A stretch of 64,000 nucleotides of DNA from an uncultured bacterium (GTDB taxonomy: Bacteria > Desulfobacterota_D > UBA1144 > Nemesobacterales > UBA2774), in the NCBI GenBank assembly GCA_963705505.1, contig CAVPJU010000003.1:192001-256000 (forward strand). The letters are read 5' to 3'. The translations under genes were made by a program, and so were the position numbers. The notes beneath the pieces are model-generated. The model was given only the letters and a program-made list of their open reading frames with translations. It searched no databases and had not been told where the DNA came from. Numbering within the stretch: the first letter of the stretch is position 1; every line of letters starts with the position of its first letter. Positions 37,930 through 48,764 of the stretch are shown here, one piece after another.

Positions 37930-39138
37930 TCACTGTTTTAGACCCTTTATGAGAATATCGGAAACGGCGTTTATGTCCTTATCGCCCCTTCCCGAGAGGC
38001 ATATAATAATTACAGAATCCCTGGGCATACCAGGCGCGATTTTTCTCGTGTATGCGACGGCATGGGAAGACTCGAGCGCCGGGATTATGCCTTCCACCCG
38101 GGAGAGGTACCTGAACCCTTCGAGCGCCTCCGAATCCGTAACATTCGTGTACGAAACCCTCCCCGTATCGTTGAGATATGAATGCTCCGGCCCAACGCCC
38201 GGGTAATCGAGGCCGGGAGCTATGGAGTGAGTGCCCTGCACCTGACCGTCCTCATCCTGAAGTAGATAGGTTTTACTGCCGTGGAGCACGCCGACTGTTC
38301 CGCTTGAGATGCTCGCCGCGTGGTGACCGGTCTTTATACCGCTGCCCGCCGCCTCGACGCCTGTCATTCTTACGGTTTCATCCCCGAGGAAGGGATAGAA
38401 GAGCCCCATTGCATTAGAACCTCCGCCTACACACGCCACGAGCAGATCGGGGAGACGCTTTTCCTTCTCCAGTATCTGCTCCCTAGCTTCCCTGCCTATG
38501 ACGGATTGGAAATCCCTCACCATCATCGGATAGGGATGCGGCCCCGCGACGCTTCCTATGATATAAAAAGTATTCCTGACGTTCGTTATCCAGTCTCTCA
38601 TAGCCTCGTTCATCGCGTCTTTCAGCGTCTGAGTCCCCTGAGTCACCTCCCTTACGGTTGCGCCCAGGAGTTTCATGCGTGTTACATTGAGCGCCTGCCG
38701 CCTCGTATCCTCAATGCCCATGAATATCTCGCATTCCATATCGAGGAGCGCCGCTACGGTTGCGGTTGCCACTCCGTGCTGTCCCGCCCCTGTTTCCGCG
38801 ATGATCCTCTTTTTCCCCATACGCGAAGCCAGAAGAACTTGCCCCATAGTGTTATTGATCTTGTGAGCGCCTGTGTGCGCGAGGTCCTCTCGTTTAAGGT
38901 AAATCTTCGCCCCCCCGAGGTCTTTCGTCATCCTCTCGGCGAAGTAAAGCGGGGTCGGTCGTCCGACATATTCCTTCAAATAGTATTCGAGCTCCTGTCT
39001 GAACTGGGGGTCGTCCTTGATTTCGAGATACGCCTTTTCGAGCTGCAATATAGCAGGCATAAGGGTCTCCGAGACATACCTGCCCCCGAATATGCCGAAA
39101 TGTCCCAATTCGTCCGGCATTACAGGTCTAGTCGCCAT
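37930..39138 (-). CDS. trpB: Tryptophan synthase beta chain
   Basis: [37 protein letters not shown]. Confidence 0.98.
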   Translation of the reverse strand: MATRPVMPDELGHFGIFGGRYVSETLMPAILQLEKAYLEIKDDPQFRQELEYYLKEYVGRPTPLYFAERMTKDLGGAKIYLKREDLAHTGAHKINNTMGQVLLASRMGKKRIIAETGAGQHGVATATVAALLDMECEIFMGIEDTRRQALNVTRMKLLGATVREVTQGTQTLKDAMNEAMRDWITNVRNTFYIIGSVAGPHPYPMMVRDFQSVIGREAREQILEKEKRLPDLLVACVGGGSNAMGLFYPFLGDETVRMTGVEAAGSGIKTGHHAASISSGTVGVLHGSKTYLLQDEDGQVQGTHSIAPGLDYPGVGPEHSYLNDTGRVSYTNVTDSEALEGFRYLSRVEGIIPALESSHAVAYTRKIAPGMPRDSVIIICLSGRGDKDINAVSDILIKGLKQ

Positions 39139-39742
39139 TTTTCACCGCCTCGATAAATTTTCTCATCTTGATATGATTTTTTCTGCCGGGCGAGTCTTCG
39201 ACGCCCGTGCTTACATCAACGCCGTAGGGCCTGACTAACTTAATGGCCCGGGACACATTATCGGGAGTTAACCCGCCGGATAAAATAACTTTTTTTGATG
39301 TTTTTATACCCTTTAAGACTCCCCAGTCAAAGCTCGACCCGGTCCCCCCGTAGAGTTCGTCAGAATGCTTATCAAAGAGGATAGCCCGAACCGGATAAAG
39401 TTCAACTTCATCTATATCAACTCCGTCTTTCACTCTCACCGCCTTTATCACTTTATAGGGCAGCATTGCGCAGAACTCGGGACTCTCGTCCCCGTGGAGC
39501 TGTACCGTATCTATTCCCGACATCTCGGCCGCCTCATTAATCTCATCTATGCCCTGATTGACGAAGACCCCGACGGCAGAGACAAAAGGGGGGAGAACGG
39601 AAATGATTTCAGAGGCGTCGCGGGGATCTATGTATCTTCGACTGCCTTTGTAAAATATAAAACCCAGCGCGTCCGCGCCCAGCTCGACCGCGCGCAGTGC
39701 GTCTTCAGAATTGGTAATTCCGCATACCTTGACCCTTGTCAT
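39128..39742 (-). CDS. trpF: Phosphoribosylanthranilate isomerase
   Basis: VKVCGIT, QLHGDE, GGTG..FDW, LSGGL, DVSTGVE. Confidence 0.96.
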   Translation of the reverse strand: MTRVKVCGITNSEDALRAVELGADALGFIFYKGSRRYIDPRDASEIISVLPPFVSAVGVFVNQGIDEINEAAEMSGIDTVQLHGDESPEFCAMLPYKVIKAVRVKDGVDIDEVELYPVRAILFDKHSDELYGGTGSSFDWGVLKGIKTSKKVILSGGLTPDNVSRAIKLVRPYGVDVSTGVEDSPGRKNHIKMRKFIEAVKNGD

Positions 39743-39809
39743 CGGAAAGGAAAATTATAAAATCACATTCCGCCTATGTAAACCGGAACCGCCCTCCCGG
39801 TATTACCCG

Positions 39810-40922
39810 TTAACGGTTATCCAGATAATCTCTGACGGATTCGGCTATGATCCTGTACCCGTTCTTATTCTCATGCCCGCCGAAGTTGTTCGGGTATATC
39901 TGCTCCGTGCCGGCGCTCCGGCTAAGCGGGCCGAGCACATCGATATATTCGATGCCGTGCTCCCCGAAATATGTTTTGACCGCGGTATCGACCCGCCTCT
40001 CGTTCTCAATAAGGTAATCGATTTTGTTCGATGCGGGAAGCGCCGTATTCCCCTCGATATACTTTGCGAATACACTTTCCTTCGTAGGTATGATGACCAC
40101 GAGGAATTCGATATTGTTCTTTCTCGCAAGCTCGTTCATACGGTTAAAAAATTCGAGGCTCAGCCGAAGCCCTTCCTTTATTCGTGCATTCTCCAGGTCG
40201 AGTCCCCTGAGCCTCTGGCCGGGGGTAAACCCCGTGTCGATGCCCGTTTTTTCATCCTTGAGCATGACGATCTCCTCCCCCCTCTTCATCCTCCTCATCT
40301 GCCTCAGATTATCTCCGACGAACGAAGAGCTCACGAGCCTGTATAACACGCTGTGTCCGGACAGCCAGTCGCCTATACCGTATGAGAAATCTTCTTCATC
40401 GTCGTCATCTCCGCTTTCAGGCGCCCGAGAAAATTCGGGCTTCCTCAGCTCTTTCCATTGCGAGACATTATACACAGCAGTGAAAGAGTCCTTGAGATCG
40501 TTCCCCAGGTAAAACCCCGCAATTATAATTTTCGGATGAAGCGAGAGAGCCTCGTTTTCCATAAGATAGAGATACTCCGGAGGTCCATAGCCCCCGAGTG
40601 ACATGTTATATACAGTTTTACCTGTCATCCTCCCGAGCGCGGAGGGCCAGGAATCCCTCGCTCTCGCGCTTATACCGTATGTGTGCGAGTCGCCTATGGC
40701 AACTATATCGGCTGTACCCGCAACCGACCTGTTTCTGAAGCCGCGGGAATCGTGGGCTCCTGTGCCGGGCTCTATCCTGTACCTGAGCACATCGTCGGGG
40801 ACCCTCCTCGGCTTCAAAAAATCTATCGGGTCGAATACGGTTCTGGAAACTCCCTCGGCTATCAGGAGCGATATTACCAATGAAAACAGGGTCAATAAAA
40901 AGTATTTGATGTATCTATTCAA
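39810..40922 (-). CDS. Membrane-anchored SGNH/GDSL hydrolase-fold protein
   Basis: N-terminal TM, GFR, IGDSHTYG, NMSLGGYG, GND, C-terminal GH.N..G. Confidence 0.8.
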   Translation of the reverse strand: MNRYIKYFLLTLFSLVISLLIAEGVSRTVFDPIDFLKPRRVPDDVLRYRIEPGTGAHDSRGFRNRSVAGTADIVAIGDSHTYGISARARDSWPSALGRMTGKTVYNMSLGGYGPPEYLYLMENEALSLHPKIIIAGFYLGNDLKDSFTAVYNVSQWKELRKPEFSRAPESGDDDDEEDFSYGIGDWLSGHSVLYRLVSSSFVGDNLRQMRRMKRGEEIVMLKDEKTGIDTGFTPGQRLRGLDLENARIKEGLRLSLEFFNRMNELARKNNIEFLVVIIPTKESVFAKYIEGNTALPASNKIDYLIENERRVDTAVKTYFGEHGIEYIDVLGPLSRSAGTEQIYPNNFGGHENKNGYRIIAESVRDYLDNR

Positions 40923-41188
40923 CGGAAATCGATTCCTCTATATATGAAGGGGGATCCGCTTTGCCGGTCAGCAGTTTTCATGAAGGTGCATATTTTCTCC
41001 GAAACTGTCCTCCGGCATTTATATATTTTAAATTTCCAGTAATATAATCGAGGAAAAAGTCCGAGACAATAAGCGCCCCGGACACGAAACATCCGTACGA
41101 CATGTGTTATAATATTTACCCGAGCCGAATTCAAATTATCCGAAAATCTTGAATATCCCAGCACACTGCCCGTAAACAGAGAGACTAT

Positions 41189-42289
41189 ATGAACGAAACA
41201 GAAACAAAGCCGTCCTTTAAAAAAAAGCTCTGCCTTGTGCTCATAAGCGTTTTTTTTACACTCGTCGTCCTCGAAAGCGCGACCCGTATCTGGCTCGACT
41301 TCATAGCTCCTGAAGATGTGAGCTTAGAGTATTCGCTCTATTCATATCTCAGTCCCGACAATCAGAGGTACGCGCGCCACCACTATCTGAACTATTACCC
41401 GAACCCGAAATATAAAAGAGAGAAAACCCACCATAACTCCCTCGGCTACAGGAACAACGAATTCCCCGCAAAAAAGCCGGAAGGAGTTTTCAGGATAGTG
41501 ATATTGGGCGGATCGACGACCTACAACATCGGAATCGATGACAACGACAAAACTGTCACCGCGCAGCTCGAGAGGATACTGAGGGAGGAATACGGGTATA
41601 AGAACGTGGAGGTCATAAATGCGGGCGTCGGAGGATATAATTCCTGGGAAACCCTTATAAACCTCGAGTTCCGCGTTCTCGACATCGACCCCGACCTTAT
41701 AATAGAATACGAAGGCACGAACGACGTACATGCGCGGTTTGTCGATCCCGCCTCTTATAAGGGGGACGATTCGGGACGGAGGAAGCAGTGGGACCCCCCT
41801 TCGATCTTCTTCCTCGAGCACAGCGCTCTTTTCCGTGTGATACTGAGAAAATTGGGCGTTACGCAGCAGGTCGGAATCGGAAACTTCATCACCCCGAAGA
41901 CAGCGTACGGCCCGGTGTCGGTAGCCAAACACAACCCTATGGAGCTCTTGAAAAAAAACCCGCCCATATATTACAGAAGGAACCTGAACAATATGGTAGC
42001 CATAGCAAAGGCCAACGACGTGGACATCATGTTCGTGACGTGGGCCTATTCCCCGTATCTCGACGACTACGCGTCAACCCCGTATTATCAGAAGGGTTTC
42101 GAAGAGAACAACGAGGTCATGAAGGAAGTCGCCGCGAGCAACGGCATCCCGTTATTCGATTTTGCATCTGTTATGCCCAAAGACAAGAAATACTGGCACG
42201 ACGGTCGGCATGTCAACGAGCTTGGGGCTGAAAAGCAGGCCGAGCTAATCGCCGAGTTCATCGAGAAAAACAGCCTTATAAAGAAATAG
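41189..42289 (+). CDS. Membrane-anchored SGNH/GDSL hydrolase-fold protein
   Basis: N-terminal TM, NSLGYR, LGGSTT, INAGVGGY, GTND, DGRH. Confidence 0.85.
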   Translation: MNETETKPSFKKKLCLVLISVFFTLVVLESATRIWLDFIAPEDVSLEYSLYSYLSPDNQRYARHHYLNYYPNPKYKREKTHHNSLGYRNNEFPAKKPEGVFRIVILGGSTTYNIGIDDNDKTVTAQLERILREEYGYKNVEVINAGVGGYNSWETLINLEFRVLDIDPDLIIEYEGTNDVHARFVDPASYKGDDSGRRKQWDPPSIFFLEHSALFRVILRKLGVTQQVGIGNFITPKTAYGPVSVAKHNPMELLKKNPPIYYRRNLNNMVAIAKANDVDIMFVTWAYSPYLDDYASTPYYQKGFEENNEVMKEVAASNGIPLFDFASVMPKDKKYWHDGRHVNELGAEKQAELIAEFIEKNSLIKK

Positions 42290-42309
42290 AACGGGCTGAT
42301 ACACCAGTA

Positions 42310-43629
42310 TCAGAGACTTTGCTCCCCCGCTTTTTTCATAAGATATCCGAATACGACGAAGGATAGCGCGGACTTTATCACTGCAAACCCCAGAAACGCG
42401 AGCGCGGCGCCGACATAAGAGTAAGGGGGAACAAGAATCAACATAAGCGCCAGATAAACTACTGTGGTAACAACATAAAATGCAGTCCTTATACCGGGCT
42501 TCCCCATGGAAAGAAGCGCCGGATTAATCCAGTATGTATACCTCGCTATGAGCACTCCCAAGGCGAGTATTCTGAGCGCGTTCGTAGCGGGCACGTACTC
42601 CTCACCGAAAACTATCCGGACTATAGGCCCCGCGAATACGATAATTAAGAGCGTTATCGGCACGATAAGCTTCATCAGGTTCTTCGTCGATTCTTTTATG
42701 AAACTCTTGAACTCCTCCATAGCATTCATAGTAGTAAATTTAATAAGCTCCGGGAAGATAGCCTCGTAAAGCGTATCCACGATACGGTTTACTATCTGGG
42801 AAACCGAATTCGCTATTCTATAAAAACCCACTGCGTCCTTCCCGGCAAAAAAGCCGAGCACCATTATCCCCAGGTACTTGTCGCTGCCTGTCTTGAGAGT
42901 CGCCATGATACTCGTATTGCCCAGGAACCACACGATCTCCTTCCACTGACCCTTTATCAGGAAGATATCGGCAGTAAGCCAGTTCCCGAGGTTTTTTTCG
43001 CGGAGCGTACTCCCGACGGCCCACATCCTCACCGCGACGGCAATAAAGTTCGACAGGATCAAGCCGTACAAGGCCCCTTTTATTCCCAATCCCATAAGGA
43101 GCAGGACAGCTACAAGTACAAGCTGCGTCAGGTTCTCGAGTGAATTTATTACGGCAATCTTCTTATACTTTTCAAACACCCTCAGTATTGCGTCGGATGT
43201 CAGTTTGGCAGTTTCTATAAACAGACCCAGGGCATAGATCCAGATATAGATATAGGCCTCGGGCGAGTGAATCACGTATTTGCTTATTAGCTTTGCGGTC
43301 ACAATCGCGATGACGAAAGAAACAGCGCCGCTCGCCACATCGAGGAAATACGAGAGCTTAATCATCGAGAGGGTTTTGTCCGTCTCCCCCTGCTCCCAGT
43401 ATGACCCTATATACTTGACAGCCGTTTCCCAGACCCTGACGTCGAAGAATTGATTCATCATTGCTATATATGCAATGACGAGCTGAAGCAAACCGTAGTC
43501 GGTCACCCCCAGGAACCTTGCCAGAATAACCGTCTGGAGCGCCGCAAAACCCCCGGCCGCCGCCTTGCCGCTGAAGAGCCAGGAAGCGTTTAAAAATAGT
43601 TTTTTCTGAATGCTGCGAGATTCAGTCAT
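42310..43629 (-). CDS. Wzx-type polysaccharide flippase
   Basis: ~12 TM helices, LARFLG..DYG, VGFYRIA, FGEEY..A..AL.IL, GAALA. Confidence 0.85.
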   Translation of the reverse strand: MTESRSIQKKLFLNASWLFSGKAAAGGFAALQTVILARFLGVTDYGLLQLVIAYIAMMNQFFDVRVWETAVKYIGSYWEQGETDKTLSMIKLSYFLDVASGAVSFVIAIVTAKLISKYVIHSPEAYIYIWIYALGLFIETAKLTSDAILRVFEKYKKIAVINSLENLTQLVLVAVLLLMGLGIKGALYGLILSNFIAVAVRMWAVGSTLREKNLGNWLTADIFLIKGQWKEIVWFLGNTSIMATLKTGSDKYLGIMVLGFFAGKDAVGFYRIANSVSQIVNRIVDTLYEAIFPELIKFTTMNAMEEFKSFIKESTKNLMKLIVPITLLIIVFAGPIVRIVFGEEYVPATNALRILALGVLIARYTYWINPALLSMGKPGIRTAFYVVTTVVYLALMLILVPPYSYVGAALAFLGFAVIKSALSFVVFGYLMKKAGEQSL

Positions 43630-43649
43630 GAGGCGCGACGTGAGACCGG

Positions 43650-44843
43650 CTAGTGTGATTTCCCCTTAACCGCATTCTTCAATGCATTGACATAATTATT
43701 TATCATCCCGTCTTCCGTATGAAATTCCCTCACCATTTCCCTGCCGCTTTCTCCAATCATGCGGGCTTTTTCCGGGTCCCTCAGGAGAGACTTCACGGCA
43801 TCCGCAATATCCGCCACGCTTTCAGGGTCGACAAGGATACCGGTCACGCCGTTTTTCACTGCTTCAGCCGACCCTCCGTGATTACCGGCTACCACCGGCT
43901 TCCCCCTCGCGCTCGCCTCGAGGAGCGCGTTGGGAAGACCCTCTATCTTATTATCCCAGTACCTGCTCGGCATTACGAATACGTCCGAGAGGTCTATGTA
44001 ATCGATTATTTCGTCGTGATTAACGCCCCCCGTAAATATAACGGAATCACCTACGCCCGTATCCTCGGCGAGCTCCCCGAACTTCTCTTTGAACCTCCCC
44101 TCCCCCACGACCAGATAGACGACGTCGGGGAATTCTTCTTTTATCATTGGGAGGGCCCTTATCACCATATCCTGACCCTTCCTCGGGAGCACTCTCGCAA
44201 CAGTAAGAATGACCTTCGCCCCGTCGTGTATTCCGTACTTCGCTCTGAGACCGCGTAATTTTTCCTTGTCCGGCCCTTTAGACAGCAGTTCCTCACCGAC
44301 TCCGTTATATATGACCGTTATCCTGCCGCCGGGAACGCCGACGCTCTCCAGGAGCTGCTTGGTATTTTTGCTGACCGCAATGATGACGCCTGCATGTCCG
44401 TAGAGCCTCCTCATCGGGAACCTCATCATCCTTTTCAGTAATCTACTTCCGTAAAAACACGTGGTGATACCCGAGCCCGCAACGCGGACCGCCGGCATGA
44501 ACGAAATACCGGGAACAAGACCCCCGGCGGCTTCGGCCTCTTCGGTTATAAACAGTACGACATCCGGTTTTTCATTGCGGAGAGCCAGCATCAGGAAAAG
44601 CCATCCGAGCAGAATGTCGGCGTGCGGGAGAGCCTTTATCCATTTACTGCCGAGACCCGGGATCCTGATCACACGGCATCCGAGCCGCCGGTCAACCTCA
44701 ACGTCGTCCCGGCCGTAACCGGGCGCAAGCACGACCGCCTCGATTCCCGAGCCGGAAATACCCTTCGCAAGCTTTAAGCTCGTAGTCGCCAGACCTCCCA
44801 GATAGGGGGGAAACTCATGGGTATAAATAAGGACTTTCATCAA
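43650..44843 (-). CDS. Glycosyltransferase family 4
   Basis: FPPYLGG, VARVLPRKG, EGLPNALLEA (EX7E). Confidence 0.92.
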   Translation of the reverse strand: MMKVLIYTHEFPPYLGGLATTSLKLAKGISGSGIEAVVLAPGYGRDDVEVDRRLGCRVIRIPGLGSKWIKALPHADILLGWLFLMLALRNEKPDVVLFITEEAEAAGGLVPGISFMPAVRVAGSGITTCFYGSRLLKRMMRFPMRRLYGHAGVIIAVSKNTKQLLESVGVPGGRITVIYNGVGEELLSKGPDKEKLRGLRAKYGIHDGAKVILTVARVLPRKGQDMVIRALPMIKEEFPDVVYLVVGEGRFKEKFGELAEDTGVGDSVIFTGGVNHDEIIDYIDLSDVFVMPSRYWDNKIEGLPNALLEASARGKPVVAGNHGGSAEAVKNGVTGILVDPESVADIADAVKSLLRDPEKARMIGESGREMVREFHTEDGMINNYVNALKNAVKGKSH

Positions 44844-45017
44844 ACGCCGTCATGCATAATCTGTTATAGCGATATCGAATATTATGAGCATGTATTATTG
44901 CACTTTATTTTATAATACACTATATTTCGTTTTAGATTTTCCGTTAGAGACAGCGTTCGAACGACGGGGGGAGTAGAATAAATAACTCGTCCGAAAGTCT
45001 AAACCCGGGAGGGTGTT

Positions 45018-45263
45018 ATGAATGAGCTTGAAACCCAGTTGATCGATATCCTTTGCAGGGGCACCGGCCAGGGGAACACCAACACAGATAGACTCACGCA
45101 GACAATCATGGAATTAAACCCCGGCCTCGACTATAATCAGGCGAAGATAAAAGTAGTCGAGGCGTTGAACGACCTCAAGGACAAGGGCCAGATTCAGATA
45201 ATAACCATCAACTGGGAACTCGGGGATGAATTCCTATATATCTGTACCAACATAATCGAATAA
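45018..45263 (+). CDS. Small hypothetical protein (possible winged helix)
   Basis: GGAGAGGG SD; V.EAL..L..KG.I pattern. Confidence 0.6.
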   Translation: MNELETQLIDILCRGTGQGNTNTDRLTQTIMELNPGLDYNQAKIKVVEALNDLKDKGQIQIITINWELGDEFLYICTNIIE

Positions 45264-45314
45264 ATCCGGCCCCACACTTGCAGTGAGCCTTTTTAGTTAT
45301 AGACGGAGATCTTA

Positions 45315-45641
45315 ATGCCGACACTCGACTATATAAGGATCGTGGGGATATCGGATATAACGTCCGGCGGTCACGCCCCTTGCGACGTAACCTTCAATAT
45401 AGAGTACTCCGGGGATGCGGAATTCAGCGTCCCGATGATGGGGACTATAACGATAAGGCTTACCGAGCTTGTCGATACGACTGGGCTCGGATACGGGGAG
45501 ATAGAAAAAATCGCTTCACGCCTCGTAAGACAGGTGCTGGTCAGGGAAAAGGACAAGGACGGATCGATAATCATACTGCATATTCTCGGACTGCCTCTCG
45601 ATGAATGGCTGAGGATGAATATACCCTTCTTAAGGCAGTGA
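45315..45641 (+). CDS. Hypothetical protein
   Basis: GGAG SD, protein-like ORF downstream of 45018..45263. Confidence 0.6.
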   Translation: MPTLDYIRIVGISDITSGGHAPCDVTFNIEYSGDAEFSVPMMGTITIRLTELVDTTGLGYGEIEKIASRLVRQVLVREKDKDGSIIILHILGLPLDEWLRMNIPFLRQ

Positions 45642-45714
45642 AATTTAAAAAAACAAGAAACTAAGCGGAATTCTTAACCCCGCAAATACCAATTATCCAT
45701 AAACACATAATCCC

Positions 45715-45744
45715 TTTACAAATCCTAAATTAATCGTGTATAAT
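45715..45744 (+). promoter_or_regulatory. Putative sigma70 promoter for LysM/NlpC gene
   Basis: TTTACA (45715-45720), 18-nt spacer, TATAAT (45739-45744). Confidence 0.5.
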
Positions 45745-45775
45745 CTCTCCCAGCTAATTTTAAGTAGTTTACTTA

Positions 45776-45788
45776 GTTCTTTGAAAAC
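45776..45788 (+). promoter_or_regulatory. boxA-like Nus antitermination element
   Basis: GTTCTTTGAAAAC, matching the rrn-type boxA consensus, in the leader between promoter and start codon. Confidence 0.5.
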
Positions 45789-45869
45789 CTAGACCAAAAA
45801 GCATGACCGGATCTCGGGGCTTAATTCCGGGATTGATGTTCTATTAGGATTTTTGTCTCTGCAGGAGGT

Positions 45870-48605
45870 ATGGGTATGGTACTTAGGAATTCCTTAATTA
45901 TACTTATCGCTCTTCTCCTTCCGGCAACTTCTCTAGCGGCCAAAAAATACGTGGTGAAGAAAGGAGATAACCTTTATGATTTATCCACGAAGCTCGGGGT
46001 TTCAGTAGATGAATTAAAATCAACAAACAATCTGGAAAACGACAGGCTCGATATAGGCGATGTGTTAACAATCGATGACTCTGTTAGTACAGAGAAAACA
46101 GACGAGAACATCGCTCGCAGCACTAATAAAGAATATTTCGTAAGGAACGGTGATACGCTAGGTGAGATAGCGGGAAAATACGGCGTATCCGCCGAAGACT
46201 TACAAGAAGCAAACGATTTAAAAACCACAAACTTACAAATCGGACAAAAACTCTTAATCCCTCCTTTAAATTCCGAATCCGTCGCAGTCAAGGCTGCTGA
46301 AGTTCCGACGAAAGCCGAAACAAGCGTTGAGGCCGCCGGCAAAGAGCCTGACTCCGTAAAAAGTCCTTCCGCAGTTCCGGCTGAATACGCAGTCCAAAAG
46401 GGCGATACACTTGGGCATATTGCGCTCAAATTCAACGTATCGAGCGGGGACATTAAGAAGGCCAACGGACTCAAAAACGACAAGCTGCAGATAGGTCAAA
46501 CACTCAGAATCCCCGCACCCGATGAAACCGCAGAGGCCGGGCAGGCTCAGGCGGTCAAGGTTGCAGCCGCCGATACATCAGTACGGACGGAAAGCGGTTA
46601 TTACCTCGTCCAAAAAGGCGATACGCCGGGCGAGATCGCCGAGAAACTCGGCGTCGGAACCGATGAATTAATAAAATTAAACAACCTCAACAGCAAGACC
46701 CTCCGGATAGGGCAGAGACTTATTGTTCCCGGGTCTCAACCGCAAGCAGCGGCACGCGATACCGTAAAAACCGCCGCCGCGGAATCCCAAGATAACATCC
46801 AGGAAACAAAAGAGGTGCGGAACCCCGGAACGGCAAAAGTCACGCAGGCGCAATACGTCGTCCAAAAGGGCGATACGCCCGGCGAGATCGCCGGAAAACT
46901 CGGCGTGAGCACGGATGAATTAATAACGCTCAACAACCTCGACAGCAATAAACTCCGGATCGGCCAAGTACTCACGGTTCCGGGAGCTCAATCAGAAAAC
47001 AGCAAAGAAGCCGTCTCCCCTGATACGGGGACTGAAGCCGCAAACCGGGACGAAGCTGCGGACAGACCGGAAATCCGGGAAGAAATACCTTCGGAATATA
47101 CCGTAAAGAAGGGCGACACGCTCTGCGACCTCGCTAAAAAATTCGGGGTATCCGTAGGTAGCATTAAGAAGAGCAACGATCTCAGAACCGACAACCTGAG
47201 GATCGGACAAAAACTCGCCCTGAATGTATCGGGGACTCCGGTAGCCGCGCAAGAGACAGGACAGGATACGGACAAAAAGGCCCGGTCCGTGCCGGAAGCT
47301 GAAAAAACGACGACAGCGAAATATACCCAGCAATACACAGTGAGAAGAGGCGACACTATAGGGCATCTCGCTATCAAATTCGGGGTTTCGCAGGGCGACC
47401 TGAAAAAAGCGAACGGACTCAGGAGCAACAGCTTGAGGGCGGGCCAGGTGCTGATGGTCCCCGGAACGGAAGCCACCGCAGAAACCGAAGATATCGTCGT
47501 CAGGGAAACCGCGCCCGAACCCGTGAGCGAGAAGATATATATTAAGAAAAGATACGTCGTTAAGGCGGGCGACTCTCTGAGCAGCATCGCAAACGGCTTC
47601 GGCGTCACCGTCGCGGAAATCAAAAAAGCAAGCGCTCTCAAAAACGACATAATAAACAAGGGCGACATACTATTGATACCTGTCCCGCAGGGAAAGGTCG
47701 CTTCTTCGAATTATAAATACACTGTCGCTACGGGTGACTCACTCGGCAAAATCAGCAAGAAATTCGGCGTTTCCCTAAGAGAGCTCAGGGACATAAACGG
47801 ACTTGCCGCCGATAATATCCGTGTCGGCATGAAACTGAATATTCCCGGACTGTATTCCCCCGAGGCCTCGGAAAGCCCGGCGGAGAACATAGGAGCGGCT
47901 TCTTCCCAGAAAGCAGAGTATGTTGTAAAGCAGGGAGATTCTCTCGGCCGTGTAGCCCGACGCTTCGGAGTTACGATTAAAGCACTCAAGCGAGAGAACA
48001 ACATCAAGGGGAATTCAATAAATGCCGGACAGGTTCTTTATATCCCCGGCTCCAGCCGCCAGGAAACCGAATACCTAGCCGTAACGAAAGCAAATATAGT
48101 TCAAGATTCTAACGGCCGTCTGAACACCGCAAACGGCCAGTCCCAATACTCGGAGCCGCAGGTTCAAAACGGAAGGTTCTCAAAAGAGAGCATCATACAG
48201 GTGGCAAAGAGGTACCTTGGGGCGCCCTACAAGTTCGGAGGTTATGACCTCACGACGGGAATTGACTGTTCGGGATACGTGAAAAAAATATTCAGCAGAT
48301 TTAACGTCTACCTGCCCAGGACGGCAAGAGACATTTATTACAGCGCCGGCTCGAGTGTAACAAAAAGCAATCTCGATACCGGTGACCTGGTATTCTTCCA
48401 CACATATGCGAAATACCCTTCACACGTCGGGATATACATAGGGAACGACGAGTTCATCCATGCTTCCTCCGCGTCCCGCATGGTAACCATAGACAGCATG
48501 AACAAGGAGTATTACAGAGCGCGCTACATTGGCGCAAAGAGGATTGCGCTGTCAGGCTTATTTTATGACGAGCTGTCCAAGGATTATGCGGGGTTCGAGA
48601 ATTAG
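45870..48605 (+). CDS. Exported peptidoglycan endopeptidase: 10 LysM domains + NlpC/P60
   Basis: Signal peptide; ten Y.V..GD(T/S/N) repeats; YLGAPYKFGG, DCSG, HVGIY, FIHAS. Confidence 0.93.
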   Translation: MGMVLRNSLIILIALLLPATSLAAKKYVVKKGDNLYDLSTKLGVSVDELKSTNNLENDRLDIGDVLTIDDSVSTEKTDENIARSTNKEYFVRNGDTLGEIAGKYGVSAEDLQEANDLKTTNLQIGQKLLIPPLNSESVAVKAAEVPTKAETSVEAAGKEPDSVKSPSAVPAEYAVQKGDTLGHIALKFNVSSGDIKKANGLKNDKLQIGQTLRIPAPDETAEAGQAQAVKVAAADTSVRTESGYYLVQKGDTPGEIAEKLGVGTDELIKLNNLNSKTLRIGQRLIVPGSQPQAAARDTVKTAAAESQDNIQETKEVRNPGTAKVTQAQYVVQKGDTPGEIAGKLGVSTDELITLNNLDSNKLRIGQVLTVPGAQSENSKEAVSPDTGTEAANRDEAADRPEIREEIPSEYTVKKGDTLCDLAKKFGVSVGSIKKSNDLRTDNLRIGQKLALNVSGTPVAAQETGQDTDKKARSVPEAEKTTTAKYTQQYTVRRGDTIGHLAIKFGVSQGDLKKANGLRSNSLRAGQVLMVPGTEATAETEDIVVRETAPEPVSEKIYIKKRYVVKAGDSLSSIANGFGVTVAEIKKASALKNDIINKGDILLIPVPQGKVASSNYKYTVATGDSLGKISKKFGVSLRELRDINGLAADNIRVGMKLNIPGLYSPEASESPAENIGAASSQKAEYVVKQGDSLGRVARRFGVTIKALKRENNIKGNSINAGQVLYIPGSSRQETEYLAVTKANIVQDSNGRLNTANGQSQYSEPQVQNGRFSKESIIQVAKRYLGAPYKFGGYDLTTGIDCSGYVKKIFSRFNVYLPRTARDIYYSAGSSVTKSNLDTGDLVFFHTYAKYPSHVGIYIGNDEFIHASSASRMVTIDSMNKEYYRARYIGAKRIALSGLFYDELSKDYAGFEN

Positions 48606-48673
48606 GCCATGTCAAGTTAAACATTATAAGGCATCCTCGTTGCATAAAATTAGCTGAGGACAGCAATTATTAT

Positions 48674-48698
48674 AAGCCGGGAACCGCGTTCCGGCTTT
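48674..48698 (+). terminator. Possible intrinsic terminator hairpin after LysM gene
   Basis: AAGCCGG-g-AAC/cgc/GTT-CCGGCTT stem; U-tract short. Confidence 0.35.
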
Positions 48699-48764
48699 GC
48701 TACCCTAAATAACACCGTCCATTGAAAGATAAGAAGTGCTGTTTATATTATAGAGATTAATATC

